Counted from the first letter of the stretch, positions 47,512-57,825 are shown. The stretch is 64,000 bases of DNA from Thermoanaerobaculia bacterium (GCA_965116955.1 OZ220742.1:2703516-2767515); one strand, 5' to 3'. Program-made: numbers and translations. The notes: a model not told the origin generated them from the sequence alone.

Positions 47512-48339
47512 TCAGACCGTCGCCATCGGCACCGGCAGTCCCGGCACCGGCGACCGGGTCCGGAAGATCGAGCCGCTGCTTCCAGGCTCCTTCGGGTCGC
47601 CGGTCGTCACGACGTAGAGGTCGCGCCGGTCGCTGCCGCCGAAGCAGACGCTGGTGATGTTCCTGGTGGGCACTTTCAGGTGGCTGAGGATCCGGCCCGT
47701 GGGATCGAAACGGGTGACGCAGCCGCCGGCGACGCAGGCGACCCAGAGGCAGCCTTCCTCGTCAACGGCGAGACCGTCGGGGCGGCCGCGGTCGGGCTCG
47801 GCGATCGCCCGGCGGTTGACGCAGCGGCCGTCGTCCGTGAGGTTGTGAGCGACCACGTGACGCCGGGCGGTGTCGGCGTGGTACAGGGTGCGGCCGTCGG
47901 GCGAAAAGCCGATGCCGTTGGTCAGGCTGATGTCGCCGTAGAGCTCGGTCGCTTCACCTTCCGCCTCGATCCGCCAGCACTCTCCGGGTGTCCGTTCCTT
48001 CTCACCGGTGAACGGGCTCGTGCGCATCGTTCCGCAGATGACGCGGCCCTGCGAGTCGACGAACAGGTCGTTGAAACCGGGCGTGTTCGGGGGGTCGAAG
48101 AGGATGCGGGTCACGCCGTCCCGGACGTGGCAGATGTTGCGGCCCGAGCACACGATGCCGCCATCGGCGTGGAGCGCGATGCCGCCGACGCCGCGGCGCT
48201 TCGGCACGACGGTTTCGATCTCGCCGTCGGGGCTGCGGCGGTAGACGCCGCCGCCCAGCACGTCGCTGAAGTAGAGGCGGTCTTCTGTGTCGACGCGCGG
48301 CCCTTCGACCAGGGTGTAGCCGGATGCCAGGAGTTCCAT
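47512..48339 (-). CDS. SMP-30/gluconolactonase/LRE-family beta-propeller hydrolase.
   Basis: At 275 aa, it matches the SMP-30/gluconolactonase family fold with TNGIGFSPDGRTLYHAD and PDGLAVDEEGCLWVA. Confidence 0.75.
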   Translation of the reverse strand: MELLASGYTLVEGPRVDTEDRLYFSDVLGGGVYRRSPDGEIETVVPKRRGVGGIALHADGGIVCSGRNICHVRDGVTRILFDPPNTPGFNDLFVDSQGRVICGTMRTSPFTGEKERTPGECWRIEAEGEATELYGDISLTNGIGFSPDGRTLYHADTARRHVVAHNLTDDGRCVNRRAIAEPDRGRPDGLAVDEEGCLWVACVAGGCVTRFDPTGRILSHLKVPTRNITSVCFGGSDRRDLYVVTTGDPKEPGSSGSIFRTRSPVPGLPVPMATV

Positions 48340-48363
48340 GGGGCGCGGATCGTAGCAGCGGCT

Positions 48364-49842
48364 TCAGCGCCAGCGGAGGCCGAGCCAGGCGGCGGGGTGC
48401 AGGAAGATCAGGATCGTGACGATCTCGAGCCGCCCGATCCACATGTTGAGCGAGAGATACACCTTGATCGCCGCCGGGAAGTGGGCGTAGTTGCTGAACG
48501 GGCCGACATCCCCGAGCCCTGGGCCGATGTTGCCGAGCGTGGCGATGCTGGCGGTTACGGCGGTCTCCATTCCGACGCCGGTCAACCCGACCACGCCGAC
48601 GCTCAGGGCGAACAGGACGAGGTAGAGAAGAAGGAAGGAGACGACGGCGTGGATGACGTCCTCCGGGACCCTGCGGCCATCGAGTCTCAGCGGCCGCACC
48701 GCGCGCGGGTAGACCGTGTGGAACAGCTCCAGCAGTGAGGACTTGGCGATCAGCCAGATGCGCACGAGTTTCGGCCCGCCGGCTGCCGAACCGCCGCAGC
48801 CGCCGCAGAACATGAGCAGCAGAAGAATGGTCTGGCTCGCTCCCGACCAGAGCGCGAAGTCCTCCGTCGCGAAACCGGTCGTGGTGATGAGGGTCAGCGC
48901 CTGGAAGCCTGCCCGCCTCAGAGTCTCCTCGGACAGCGCTCCGGCCCTGATCCAGTCCCAAAGGGCTACCTCGTCGCTCTTCAGCGTGCAGGCCAGGAGC
49001 AGGGTGGCAACCAGGACGATCAGAAGATAGAGACGGAACTCCTCGCTGCGCAGCAGGGTCAGCGGGCGCCCCCGGATCGCCTGGAACTGGAACGCGTAGT
49101 TGGCGCCGGCGAGGAGCATGAACGCCATGACCGTCCACTCGATGGCTGGACTGCTGTACCCCGCGATGCTGCTCGGATGCGGTGAAAAGCCTCCCGCCGA
49201 GACGGTCGAGAGGGAGTTGCAGATGGCGTCGAAGAGCGGCATGCCGAGACGGACGAGGAGTCCGGTCTCCAGGACGGTCAAGCCGACGTAGAGGGTGTAG
49301 AGGGCCACCGCCGTGTTGCGAATGCGGGGGGTGAGCCGCTCCTCGGTCGGTCCGGGCGCTTCGGCGAAGAACATCTGGCGGCCGGCGATGCGGAGCGCCG
49401 GAAGCACGGCGATGAAGAGAGCGATGATGCCCATGCTGCCCACCCACTCGCTCAGGCTGCGCCACAGCAGCACGCCCTCGCTGACCGCGTCGAAGTCGGT
49501 GAGGATCGTGGCGCCGGTCCCGGTCAGTCCGGACATCGACTCGAACAGGGCATCGGCGGGCTCGAAGCCGTTCACGACGTAGGGAGCGGCGCCGATCAGG
49601 ACGAGCAGCAGCCAGGACATGCCGACGGTGGCGAGCCCTTCCATGCGCCGCATCTCCAGGCCCCGTCCGGGGAGTAACCGGGACCCGAGTCCGAGCAGGA
49701 TGGCCGCGCCCGCGGCGCAGAGAAAGCCCATGGCGCTGCGGCCGTTGCCGTAGGCGGCCTCGACCGCGGAGGGCGCCAGCAGGACGACGCCGAAGCAGCC
49801 GACCAGGGCCAGGGCCGTGCGAAGTACCAGTGAGCCGCGCAC
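48364..49842 (-). CDS. trkH: TrkH-family potassium uptake membrane subunit.
   Basis: A GTG start lies 17 nt after the trkA stop. TrkH selectivity-filter-like motifs are ESMSGLTGTGATIL, SAGGFS and TTTGFAT, with multiple TM repeats. The ORF track's 825 aa version overlaps trkA in another frame. Confidence 0.8.
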   Translation of the reverse strand: MRGSLVLRTALALVGCFGVVLLAPSAVEAAYGNGRSAMGFLCAAGAAILLGLGSRLLPGRGLEMRRMEGLATVGMSWLLLVLIGAAPYVVNGFEPADALFESMSGLTGTGATILTDFDAVSEGVLLWRSLSEWVGSMGIIALFIAVLPALRIAGRQMFFAEAPGPTEERLTPRIRNTAVALYTLYVGLTVLETGLLVRLGMPLFDAICNSLSTVSAGGFSPHPSSIAGYSSPAIEWTVMAFMLLAGANYAFQFQAIRGRPLTLLRSEEFRLYLLIVLVATLLLACTLKSDEVALWDWIRAGALSEETLRRAGFQALTLITTTGFATEDFALWSGASQTILLLLMFCGGCGGSAAGGPKLVRIWLIAKSSLLELFHTVYPRAVRPLRLDGRRVPEDVIHAVVSFLLLYLVLFALSVGVVGLTGVGMETAVTASIATLGNIGPGLGDVGPFSNYAHFPAAIKVYLSLNMWIGRLEIVTILIFLHPAAWLGLRWR

Positions 49843-49859
49843 GCTCGCTCGCGCCGCCC

Positions 49860-51212
49860 TCAGTCCGTCCCGGGGGCCAGACCGAAGATCGGACCGACGA
49901 GTCCCGAGCTTTCCGCCGTGGTCACGATCAGAAGGCGGTCGCCCGGCCGCACCTCGTCTTCTCCGCCGGGCACGATCGTGTTGTACTGGCGCAGCACGCC
50001 GCCGACGATCACGCCGTTCGGCATGTCCATTTCCTTCAGCCGACGCGCCTCGAAGTCCTCGGGGACGACGACTTCGACGACTTCCGCGAGGCCGTCTTCC
50101 AGAGTCGCGCGGTACTCCAGCCGGGGCGCCTGGATCTGGTGAAGGACCTCGGCGATCGCGGCGGCTCGGGCGTTCAGGGTCACGTCGATGCCGACCCGCT
50201 CGAAGAGGGCGCTGCTGGTGTCGTTGCTGACGCCGGTCACGACCTTCGGGATCCCGAGTTGCTTCGCGATCAGGGAGCAGAGCAGGTTGGTCTGATCGTC
50301 GCCGGCCATGGCGACCAGCGCGTCGCTGCGCGCGACGCCGATCTCCTCCAGCAGCCTCAGGTCCGTCCCGTCGCCGTGGAAGACGATCGCCCGGCCTACC
50401 TGGTCGGCGATGTCCTCGCAGCGCCGCCGCGAGACCTCGATGACCTTCACCTCCGGCCACAGGCCGCTGGTGAGTTCGCGCGCGAGGAGCCTGCCGGTGC
50501 GGCCGGCGCCGATGATCGTCACGCTGCGGACCACGGTTTCGGGAGCGGCGAAGAAGCGCTTCGCCACCTGGCGAAGGGGTGTGCGCCGGCCCATGAAGAG
50601 CACCTTGTCGCCGGCTTTCAGGCGGTCCAGTCCGCGGGGCACGATCAGCTTGCCGTCGCGCACCCTGCTCACGACGAGGGCGTTGCCCGGCAGGGGCGCC
50701 TCGGCGAGGGTGGGGCCGCAGAGCGGAGAGTCGGCCTCCAGCCTGTACTCCACGAGCCAGATGCGGCCGCGGTGGAAGCTCTCGACGTCGAGCGCCCTGG
50801 GCTCGAGCACGATGCGACCGATCTCCCGGGCCAGGGACCACTGCGGCCAGATCAGGTGGTCGATGACCTCCTCGAGAGTGGTCTGCTCAGGGTCGTTGAA
50901 GCTCTCGTGGTGCTCGTCCTGGGTGATGAAGCAGTACGTCGTGCACTGCGCCCGGCCGCGCGCCGCCAGACAGGCGATGATGTTGCGCTCGTCGGAATCG
51001 GCACAGGCGACGAAGGTGTCGCGGTCGGAGAGTCCCACGTGCTGCAGAACGGATCGGCTGGCCGCCGGCCCCACCGTGATCTGCAGGTCGAGGTTCTCGA
51101 ACCGGTCGCGGGAGGCCTCCGTCGGCAGGATGACGAAGACGTCCTCCTCCCGCGCAAGGGAGGAGGCAAGCAGGTACGCGATGTCGCCGCCACCGGCGAT
51201 GACGACAGTCAC
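49860..51212 (-). CDS. trkA: TrkA potassium-uptake regulatory subunit with two RCK/NAD-binding domains.
   Basis: Two Rossmann motifs are present, VVIAGGGDIAYLLA and VTIIGAGRTGRLLA, each followed by an RCK_C region. The protein is 450 aa. Confidence 0.85.
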   Translation of the reverse strand: MTVVIAGGGDIAYLLASSLAREEDVFVILPTEASRDRFENLDLQITVGPAASRSVLQHVGLSDRDTFVACADSDERNIIACLAARGRAQCTTYCFITQDEHHESFNDPEQTTLEEVIDHLIWPQWSLAREIGRIVLEPRALDVESFHRGRIWLVEYRLEADSPLCGPTLAEAPLPGNALVVSRVRDGKLIVPRGLDRLKAGDKVLFMGRRTPLRQVAKRFFAAPETVVRSVTIIGAGRTGRLLARELTSGLWPEVKVIEVSRRRCEDIADQVGRAIVFHGDGTDLRLLEEIGVARSDALVAMAGDDQTNLLCSLIAKQLGIPKVVTGVSNDTSSALFERVGIDVTLNARAAAIAEVLHQIQAPRLEYRATLEDGLAEVVEVVVPEDFEARRLKEMDMPNGVIVGGVLRQYNTIVPGGEDEVRPGDRLLIVTTAESSGLVGPIFGLAPGTD

Positions 51213-51266
51213 GGGTCCACGATACCGGAGCGGCGCCCGCGAGCCGCCCGGCGGGGCCCGGAAGAC

Positions 51267-52616
51267 CTAGAAGATGCGCGAGAAGCCGCCGCTCTCGCTG
51301 CTGAGTCTCGAGTTGACGATGTTGTTGTAGATCGAGCCGAACGTGTAGCGGAGCTGGATGCCGCCGCGGAAGGAAAGGTCCGTCTCCAGTTGCCGTCTGG
51401 CGACCAGAACCTCGGCATCGGTCGCGCCGCCCTTCGGCAGGTAGATCTGGTCCCGGATCCTCGATATGCCGGCGTAGACGTCGAAGCTCAGCCCACGCAC
51501 GATGTGGTACTCGACCTCGGTGTTGAACTCCACCCGGCTGCGATCGAAATCATCGATGAAGTGGCTGTACTGGAGGTCGAGGTGGGCCTCGCCCCAGGGC
51601 CTCTCCATGCCGAAGGCGATGTACGCGCCCTGGTCCGTGAAGGTCTCGTCCAGCTTGTCGAAGACGGTGATCTCTTCGTAGTCAAGGCGTGTGCCGCCGA
51701 TGAAGTAGGCGAAGGTGAACTCGCGCTCGGACGACTCGCTGTAGGGGAAGAAGTTGTACTCGATGGCTGCGGCCGCGCGGTAGGAGCTGTCCAGATTCAG
51801 GAAGGTCGAACGCCGGCTGCTGGCGCCGACGCCCACTCCCCAGTGCGGGGCCAGGGTGCGGATCACCTGGCCGAAGTAGCTCGTGCTCCGGGAGACGTTC
51901 TTGAAGGTGCTGCCGTCCTCGAACTCGAAGTTGCTCTCCCGGTAGGAGTAGAAGACGCCCATGCCCATCCGCCACAAGTCCGTGGTACGGCCCGCCGAAG
52001 CGCTTGCCCGGTAGGACTGCGAGTCTCTGCGATCCTCGCTTCGGAAGTCGGTCTCCAGGCGCAGGCGGTAGACCCAGTGGTTCCAGGGGTCGTCTTCGGG
52101 GTCGGCGACCAGGTTGTTCGGTTCGGGATGGAAGTGGTCCCGGTGCGGCTCGCCCTGCTCGTCTCCGTTCTCGAACTCCACGACGAGTCCTTCGGCCTGT
52201 GGCGTCTCCAGCACGTAGCGAACCAGACCCAACTCCAGCAGGCGCTGGATACCGCGGCGGCGCTCGTCGTCCGTGTCGGTGAACGACGACGTATGGATCA
52301 ACCTCTGATCCGTGCCCTCGAAGCGTTCCAGGCCGATGAAGTTGAACGTGTACTCGCGCGAGTTGCCGCCTGATTGAATCGTCACGAGGACGTGGACCTC
52401 CGCGTCCTGGCGGTCGCGCACCCAGTTGACGTAGGTGACCTGGCTGCGCAGGAAGGTGAAGTCGCAGCCCCAGTCGCAGTCCAGGTAGAGACGCAGGGCC
52501 TCCGTGCCCTCGGTCGTCTCGAGCGCCGGCGCCGGCGCCGCGAGACCCGTGAAGACGAAGAGCACGAGAACCGGGAAGATCAGGCGCGGCGCGCGACGTC
52601 GCCTCTGCCGGGCCAT
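51267..52616 (-). CDS. Putative outer-membrane beta-barrel protein of unknown function.
   Basis: An internal Met MARQRRRRAPRLIFPVLVLFVFTGLAAPAPA gives the signal peptide. Aromatic-rich alternating strands run through the protein, which ends in the C-terminal Phe (..GGFSRIF) typical of BAM substrates. Confidence 0.5.
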   Translation of the reverse strand: MARQRRRRAPRLIFPVLVLFVFTGLAAPAPALETTEGTEALRLYLDCDWGCDFTFLRSQVTYVNWVRDRQDAEVHVLVTIQSGGNSREYTFNFIGLERFEGTDQRLIHTSSFTDTDDERRRGIQRLLELGLVRYVLETPQAEGLVVEFENGDEQGEPHRDHFHPEPNNLVADPEDDPWNHWVYRLRLETDFRSEDRRDSQSYRASASAGRTTDLWRMGMGVFYSYRESNFEFEDGSTFKNVSRSTSYFGQVIRTLAPHWGVGVGASSRRSTFLNLDSSYRAAAAIEYNFFPYSESSEREFTFAYFIGGTRLDYEEITVFDKLDETFTDQGAYIAFGMERPWGEAHLDLQYSHFIDDFDRSRVEFNTEVEYHIVRGLSFDVYAGISRIRDQIYLPKGGATDAEVLVARRQLETDLSFRGGIQLRYTFGSIYNNIVNSRLSSESGGFSRIF

Positions 52617-52841
52617 CGTCGTCTGACCTCCGCTCCGAGGCCTGGCAAGGCCGCTATGATGCCGGGCCGACTCCAGTGAGTCTCGCGGTGTCATGAGTAG
52701 GCTGGCCTCGAGCGGCTCGGAGTGGGATGCCTCAAAGGCTGCGGACGGTGCGACGACGGAAAATAGCACAGCGAAACGGAGAGCTTCGAGCGTGAACAGT
52801 CTTCCGCGAGCGGTTTCCGCCGGCCTGCCGAGGAGCCGCCG

Positions 52842-53705
52842 GTGAGTGTCTTCGACCAGGTGGAGTCAGGCGCCGTTCCGGCGCGGGAAACACGCCCTGC
52901 GAGCGAACTCTGGCGGCGTGTCAAGGCCCTGATCAAGTGGCCGTTCTACGTCATCTACCAGCGCCGGCTCGAGTCCAAGGTCAGGACGTGGCGCCTGCCG
53001 CAGCACATCGGACTGATCATGGACGGGAACCGGCGCTTTGCGCGTCAGCAGGGACTGGGCAACGTCAGCGCCGGCCACTTCCGGGGCGCCGAGAAGCTGT
53101 GGGAAGTACTCAACTGGTGCTACGAGGCTGACGTCTCGACGGTCACGGTGTGGAGCATGTCGCTCGACAACTTCAATCGCTCCGCGAAGGAAGTGCAGGC
53201 CCTCTTCGATCTGTTCGAGGAGAAGACCCGGGAACTCACGAACCACGACGATGTCCATCAGAAGGGCATCCGGGTGCGCTTCCTGGGGCAGATCGAGCTA
53301 CTCCCTGAGAGCCTCCAGACCGCGATCCGCGAAGCCGAGGCGGCGACCAGCGGCTACGACCGCTACCGGCTGAACATCGCGATGGCCTACGGCGGCCGGG
53401 AGGAGATCGCGAGCGCCTTCCGCAACTACCTGCTGGACAACTCGGCGGTCGGCAAGTCCCTCGACGAGATCGCGGACGAGTTCAGCGCCGCGTCGATCGA
53501 GCGGTACCTCTACACCTCCGGTCAGCCCGAACCCGACCTGATCCTCCGCACCAGCGGCGAGGTTCGATTGAGCGGCTTCCTGCTCTGGCAGAGCACCTAC
53601 TCGGAGTACTACTTCTGCGATACGCACTGGCCCGCTCTGCGTAAGATCGACCTCCTGCGCGCGCTGAGGTCCTACAGCAGCCGCCAGCGCCGCAGAGGAC
53701 GTTGA
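52842..53705 (+). CDS. uppS: Isoprenyl transferase / undecaprenyl-diphosphate synthase (cis-prenyltransferase).
   Basis: HIGLIMDGNRRFA is the catalytic Asp motif. Also present are SMSLDNFNRS and the C-terminal RTSGEVRLSGFLLWQSTYSEYYF. Confidence 0.85.
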   Translation: MSVFDQVESGAVPARETRPASELWRRVKALIKWPFYVIYQRRLESKVRTWRLPQHIGLIMDGNRRFARQQGLGNVSAGHFRGAEKLWEVLNWCYEADVSTVTVWSMSLDNFNRSAKEVQALFDLFEEKTRELTNHDDVHQKGIRVRFLGQIELLPESLQTAIREAEAATSGYDRYRLNIAMAYGGREEIASAFRNYLLDNSAVGKSLDEIADEFSAASIERYLYTSGQPEPDLILRTSGEVRLSGFLLWQSTYSEYYFCDTHWPALRKIDLLRALRSYSSRQRRRGR

Positions 53706-53792
53706 ACTCAAGGACCCGAAACGAACAGGACAGGCGCAGTGGCTGCCCGACCGTGACCTGCGGTCGGGCGAAACAGCGGCTGGGAGCAGCAA

Positions 53793-54866
53793 GTGAACAA
53801 GACAGCACGCAAGTTCTTCACTGATCTGTTGGCTGCGCCGAGCCCTTCGGGACACGAGGAGCCGGTACAGGAAGTCGTCCGCGCCTACGCGGGCAAGTTC
53901 GCCGACGACGTTTCGACCGACGTTCACGGCAACGTGATCGCGGCGGTGAACGTCGAGGCCGGCGAGAAGCCGGGCGGCCGCCGCGTGTTGTTCGCGGGCC
54001 ACTGCGACCAGATCGGCCTTCTCGTCAGCTACATCGACGACAAGGGCTTCCTGTGGGTGCAGCCGATTGGCGGCTGGGATCCGCAGCAGCTCATCGGCCA
54101 GCGGATGACCGTGTGGGCGAAGGACGGTCCGGTACCGGCGGTCATCGCCCGCAAGCCCATCCACCTGCTCGACATGGAGGAGCGCAAACGGGTCGTGAAG
54201 ATGGAGAACCTCTGGCTCGACATCGGGGCGAAGGACGGCGACGACGCGAAGAGCGCGGTGCGGGTCGGCGACCCGGTGACGCTCGATCTGGGCTTCCAGG
54301 AGATGCGCAACGGCCTGGCGAACGCGCCGAAGATGGACAACACGACCGGACTGTGGGTGGTCATCGAGGCCCTTCGGCGGGTCGTCCGGCGAAAGCCCCG
54401 GGTCGCGGTCTACGCGGTGTCGACGGTCTGCGAAGAGATCGGACTGCGCGGCGCCCGGACCAGTACCCATGGCGTCGACCCCGACGTGGGCATCGCGGTC
54501 GACGTCACCCACGCTACGGATTGTCCGACGATCAGCAAGCGCCAGGAGGGCGACCTGAGCCTGGGCGGCGGGCCGGTCATCGTGCGCGGCCCGAACATGA
54601 ACCCGAAGGTCAGCGACCGCCTGGAAGCCGTCGCGGAAGAAGAGAAGATCCCGTTCCAGTTGGCGGCCCTCGGCCGGGCGGCGCCGAACGACGCGAACTC
54701 GATCCAGATCACGCGCGCGGGCGTCGCGACCGGGCTGATCAGCGTCCCGAACCGCTACATGCACAGCGCCGTCGAGACGATCTCGCTGGACGACATCGAT
54801 CGCTCGGCCGATCTGCTCGCGGGCTTCGCGGCGTCTCTCGAACCGGACGAATCGCTGATTCCCTGA
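53793..54866 (+). CDS. M42-family metallopeptidase (glutamyl aminopeptidase / FrvX-like).
   Basis: The metal-ligand pattern is H..D...E..D..H, with VLFAGHCDQIGL, MDNTTGLWVV and TVCEEIGLRGA. The protein is 357 aa. Confidence 0.8.
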   Translation: MNKTARKFFTDLLAAPSPSGHEEPVQEVVRAYAGKFADDVSTDVHGNVIAAVNVEAGEKPGGRRVLFAGHCDQIGLLVSYIDDKGFLWVQPIGGWDPQQLIGQRMTVWAKDGPVPAVIARKPIHLLDMEERKRVVKMENLWLDIGAKDGDDAKSAVRVGDPVTLDLGFQEMRNGLANAPKMDNTTGLWVVIEALRRVVRRKPRVAVYAVSTVCEEIGLRGARTSTHGVDPDVGIAVDVTHATDCPTISKRQEGDLSLGGGPVIVRGPNMNPKVSDRLEAVAEEEKIPFQLAALGRAAPNDANSIQITRAGVATGLISVPNRYMHSAVETISLDDIDRSADLLAGFAASLEPDESLIP

Positions 54867-54949
54867 GCCCGTCCCGTGCGCTCGGCGACGCAAGCCCGTA
54901 GTATTCGCCGCCACACCACCGCAAAGCTCGAAGGAAGGGGTAAGAGGCC

Positions 54950-55723
54950 ATGCCGATGAAGAACCGTCTCCGCGACAAGATCGACCACGGAGAGCCGGCG
55001 CTCGGCGCCTGGCTCGCGTTCCCGGACACGCACAGCGCCGAACTCATGTCGCGGCTCGGCTTCGACTGGGCGACGATCGACATGCAGCACGGTCTGGTCG
55101 ACTACCAGCGGGCCACCGAGATGCTGCAGGCGATGACGGCCTCGGACACGACACCGATCGTCCGGGTGCCCTGGAACGAGCCGGGGATCATCGGCAAGAT
55201 GCTGGACGCCGGCGCCCACGGGATCATCATCCCGATGGTGAACAGCCGCGCCGAGGCGGAAGCCGCGGCGGCCGCCTGCCGGTACCCCCCGCGGGGCAAG
55301 CGCAGCTTCGGCCCGTTCCGCGCGGGCCTGCTCTACGGTGGGAACTACCTCGAGGAAGCGAACGAGCAGATCTACTGCATCCCTATGATCGAGACCCAGC
55401 AGGCGCTCGACAACCTCGACGACATCCTCTCCGTGCCGGGCCTCGATGGTGTCTACGTCGGCCCGAGCGACCTCAGCGTGTCGCTGGGACTCCGGCCGGC
55501 AGCGGACCAGGAGGACGAGAAGTTCACGGCCGCGATCGACAAGATCCTTGACGGCTGCAAGCGCCACGGTCTGTTCGCCGGGGTCGCCGGCACGGTCAAG
55601 GAGGCCCCCAAGCGGATCAAGCAGGGATTCCGCTTCGTCGAGGTAGCCCGCGACGGCGGTTCGATGGCCAAGGCGGCGCTCCAGGACCTGCGGACGGTGC
55701 GGGCGTCGATGGAAGACTCCTGA
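54950..55723 (+). CDS. HpcH/HpaI-family 2-keto-3-deoxy-acid aldolase.
   Basis: The protein opens LGAWLAFP..., followed by an IDMQHG segment, PIVRVPWNEPG and the metal-binding segment CIPMIETQQALDNLDDIL. It is 257 aa. Confidence 0.8.
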   Translation: MPMKNRLRDKIDHGEPALGAWLAFPDTHSAELMSRLGFDWATIDMQHGLVDYQRATEMLQAMTASDTTPIVRVPWNEPGIIGKMLDAGAHGIIIPMVNSRAEAEAAAAACRYPPRGKRSFGPFRAGLLYGGNYLEEANEQIYCIPMIETQQALDNLDDILSVPGLDGVYVGPSDLSVSLGLRPAADQEDEKFTAAIDKILDGCKRHGLFAGVAGTVKEAPKRIKQGFRFVEVARDGGSMAKAALQDLRTVRASMEDS

Positions 55724-55842
55724 GCAAGCGCCCGCTCCGCGGGAACGAATCCGGCCGGGGAGCGTTCTCACTACAAGGCGACGCGTCGATGCGGTGCCCA
55801 ACGTAGAATGTGAAGAAACGCAGACAGGAGAAGGAACGAACC

Positions 55843-56775
55843 ATGTTGCGAATGAAGCTCTGGCTGGCTGTCGCTCTGGCGCTGGCGGTTGTGGCGCCGG
55901 TCGCCGCTGACGACGGGGAAGAGAAGAAGGTCCGCAAGATCCAGGTGCAGAAGCTCGTCGAGTGCGCGGACGGCGAGGACTGTGACGAGCAGGTGAGCCG
56001 TATGGTGTTCGTCGGCGACGATGGCGACGTCCGCGTTCTCCACGACAGCGACCACGAGTGGGTTTCCGAGGAGAACGTCAGGATCCTCAAGGCCGGCGAC
56101 CACGATGTGGTCGTGATCGAGGACCACGAGGGTGACGGCGAAGCCGGCGAGTCGATCCGGCGCCGCGTGCACCGGGTGCTGCAGGGGATCGGCGAGCGCG
56201 GTGCGCGCCTGCACCTGCGGCACGGTGGCGGCGCCTTTCTCGGCGTGCAACTCTCCGACCTGACGCCGGAACTGCGCACGCACTTCGGCGTTCCCGAGGA
56301 CGCGGGCGTCATGGTCGGCAAGCTGGTCGACGGCAGCCCGGCCTTCCGCGCCGGCCTGGAAGTCGGCGACATCGTCACCGCCGTCGACGGCGAACCGGTC
56401 GCGTCTTCGTCGGCGCTGGCGCGGGCCATCCGGGACCACGAGGACGGCGACACCGTCGTGCTGGAGGTCTGGCGGGATGGCCGAGTGCAGAAGATCAGCG
56501 CCACGCTGGAGGAGCAGGAGCGGCGCGTCGAGATGTCCCGCGCGATGTCGGCAGCCTCCGACGGCCAGGCCGAAGCCCGCGTGATCGAGGTCAAGGTCGA
56601 CTGCGAGGACGGCGAGGACTGCACGGTCGATGTGGCCAACGCGAATTCTCTCGAGTTCGCGGCCTCGGCCTGCGGCGACTCCGGCGAGTGCGAAGTGAAC
56701 GTCGACTGCACGGACGGCGACTGCGCCTGCACCGTGAACGGTGAGACGGCTGACTGCTCCGTGCTCGGTTTCTGA
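55843..56775 (+). CDS. Secreted PDZ-domain protein with acidic Cys-rich repeats.
   Basis: After signal peptide MLRMKLWLAVALALAVVAPVAA comes PDZ-like FLGVQLSDLT...GVMVGKLVDGSPAFRAGLEVGDIVTAVDGEPV. Flanking repeats are CADGEDCDE, CEDGEDCTVD and CTDGDCACTVNGETADC. Confidence 0.6.
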   Translation: MLRMKLWLAVALALAVVAPVAADDGEEKKVRKIQVQKLVECADGEDCDEQVSRMVFVGDDGDVRVLHDSDHEWVSEENVRILKAGDHDVVVIEDHEGDGEAGESIRRRVHRVLQGIGERGARLHLRHGGGAFLGVQLSDLTPELRTHFGVPEDAGVMVGKLVDGSPAFRAGLEVGDIVTAVDGEPVASSSALARAIRDHEDGDTVVLEVWRDGRVQKISATLEEQERRVEMSRAMSAASDGQAEARVIEVKVDCEDGEDCTVDVANANSLEFAASACGDSGECEVNVDCTDGDCACTVNGETADCSVLGF

Positions 56776-56802
56776 TCGCGGGCCGTTGTTACGATCCGCG
56801 CG

Positions 56803-57825
56803 ATGCGCGCGGGCGTCTATCGCGGCCCCGGTGAAGTAGCGCTCGCCGAGCGGGCGCTACCGGAGCCCGGACCGGGCGAGGTCCGGCTTCGAATCACCGC
56901 CTGCGGCCTGTGCGGGACCGACCTGCATCTGGTTCACAGTCCGAAACCGATCATCGAACCGGGCTCGGTCATGGGCCACGAGATGGCCGGCGTCGTTGAC
57001 GACCTGGGCGCCGGTGTCTCGGGCTTCGAGGCGGGAGAACCGGTGGTCGTGGAGCCGCTCGCATCCTGCGGTGACTGCGATCCGTGCCGCGAGGGCCGGG
57101 ACTCGATCTGCCGGAAACTCGAGCTCTACGGCATGCGACGGCCGGGTGGCTTCGCGGACGCCGTTGTCGTGCCGGCCCATCGGTTGTACCGCATTCCAGG
57201 TTCCCTGTCGCCGTCTCTGGCGGCGCTCGCCGAACCGTTCGCGGTCGCGGTCCACGGCCTGCGGCTCGCGGGCGCGGACCGGGAGAAGCCGCCGGCGAAG
57301 CTGCTGGTCCTCGGCGCAGGCTCGATCGGTCTGGCGGCTGTGGCGGTGGCCCGGGCCTGGGACTTCGGCCATGTGGCGATCACGGCCCGTCACCCGCACC
57401 AGGCCGAGGCGGCGGAGCGGCTAGGCGCGCACGAAGTGCTTGAAGCCGGCTCTCCAGGCGATCTGGCCGGCTACGACGCCGATCTCGTGGTCGAGACGGT
57501 GGGTGGCCTGGCCGACACGATGACGGCGGCGGGTATCGCCCTCGCCCCGGGCGGCACGATTTGCGTACTCGGTGTGTTCATGGGCCCCCTGACCCTCGAC
57601 CCCCTCGTGCTGCTTGGCAAGGAGGCGCGCCTGCAGTGGTCGAACTGCTACTCGCGGAGGCCGGGCGAAGTCGACTTTGCCGATGCGGTGGGCATACTCG
57701 TTGCGGGTGGGGACGGCTTCGACAGCCTGCTCACCCACCAGGTGCCGCTGGACGAGATCGAACGTGCCTTCGAGATCGCGGGCGACAAGCGGTCGGGAGC
57801 CGTCAAGGTGACCGTCATCCCCTGA
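56803..57825 (+). CDS. Zinc-dependent medium-chain alcohol/polyol dehydrogenase (threonine/sorbitol dehydrogenase-like).
   Basis: Catalytic zinc ligands appear in GHEMAGVV (after ACGLCGTDLHLV). The structural-zinc Cys cluster is CGDCDPCREGRDSIC. The Rossmann motif is LVLGAGSIGLAAV. Confidence 0.8.
   Translation: MRAGVYRGPGEVALAERALPEPGPGEVRLRITACGLCGTDLHLVHSPKPIIEPGSVMGHEMAGVVDDLGAGVSGFEAGEPVVVEPLASCGDCDPCREGRDSICRKLELYGMRRPGGFADAVVVPAHRLYRIPGSLSPSLAALAEPFAVAVHGLRLAGADREKPPAKLLVLGAGSIGLAAVAVARAWDFGHVAITARHPHQAEAAERLGAHEVLEAGSPGDLAGYDADLVVETVGGLADTMTAAGIALAPGGTICVLGVFMGPLTLDPLVLLGKEARLQWSNCYSRRPGEVDFADAVGILVAGGDGFDSLLTHQVPLDEIERAFEIAGDKRSGAVKVTVIP

Noticed and set aside
48364-50841. Single 825 aa ORF covering trkH and half of trkA.
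   Set aside because: The N-terminal 330 aa are a low-complexity out-of-frame read-through of trkA. TrkH homology starts at the GTG at 49842, 17 nt after the trkA stop.
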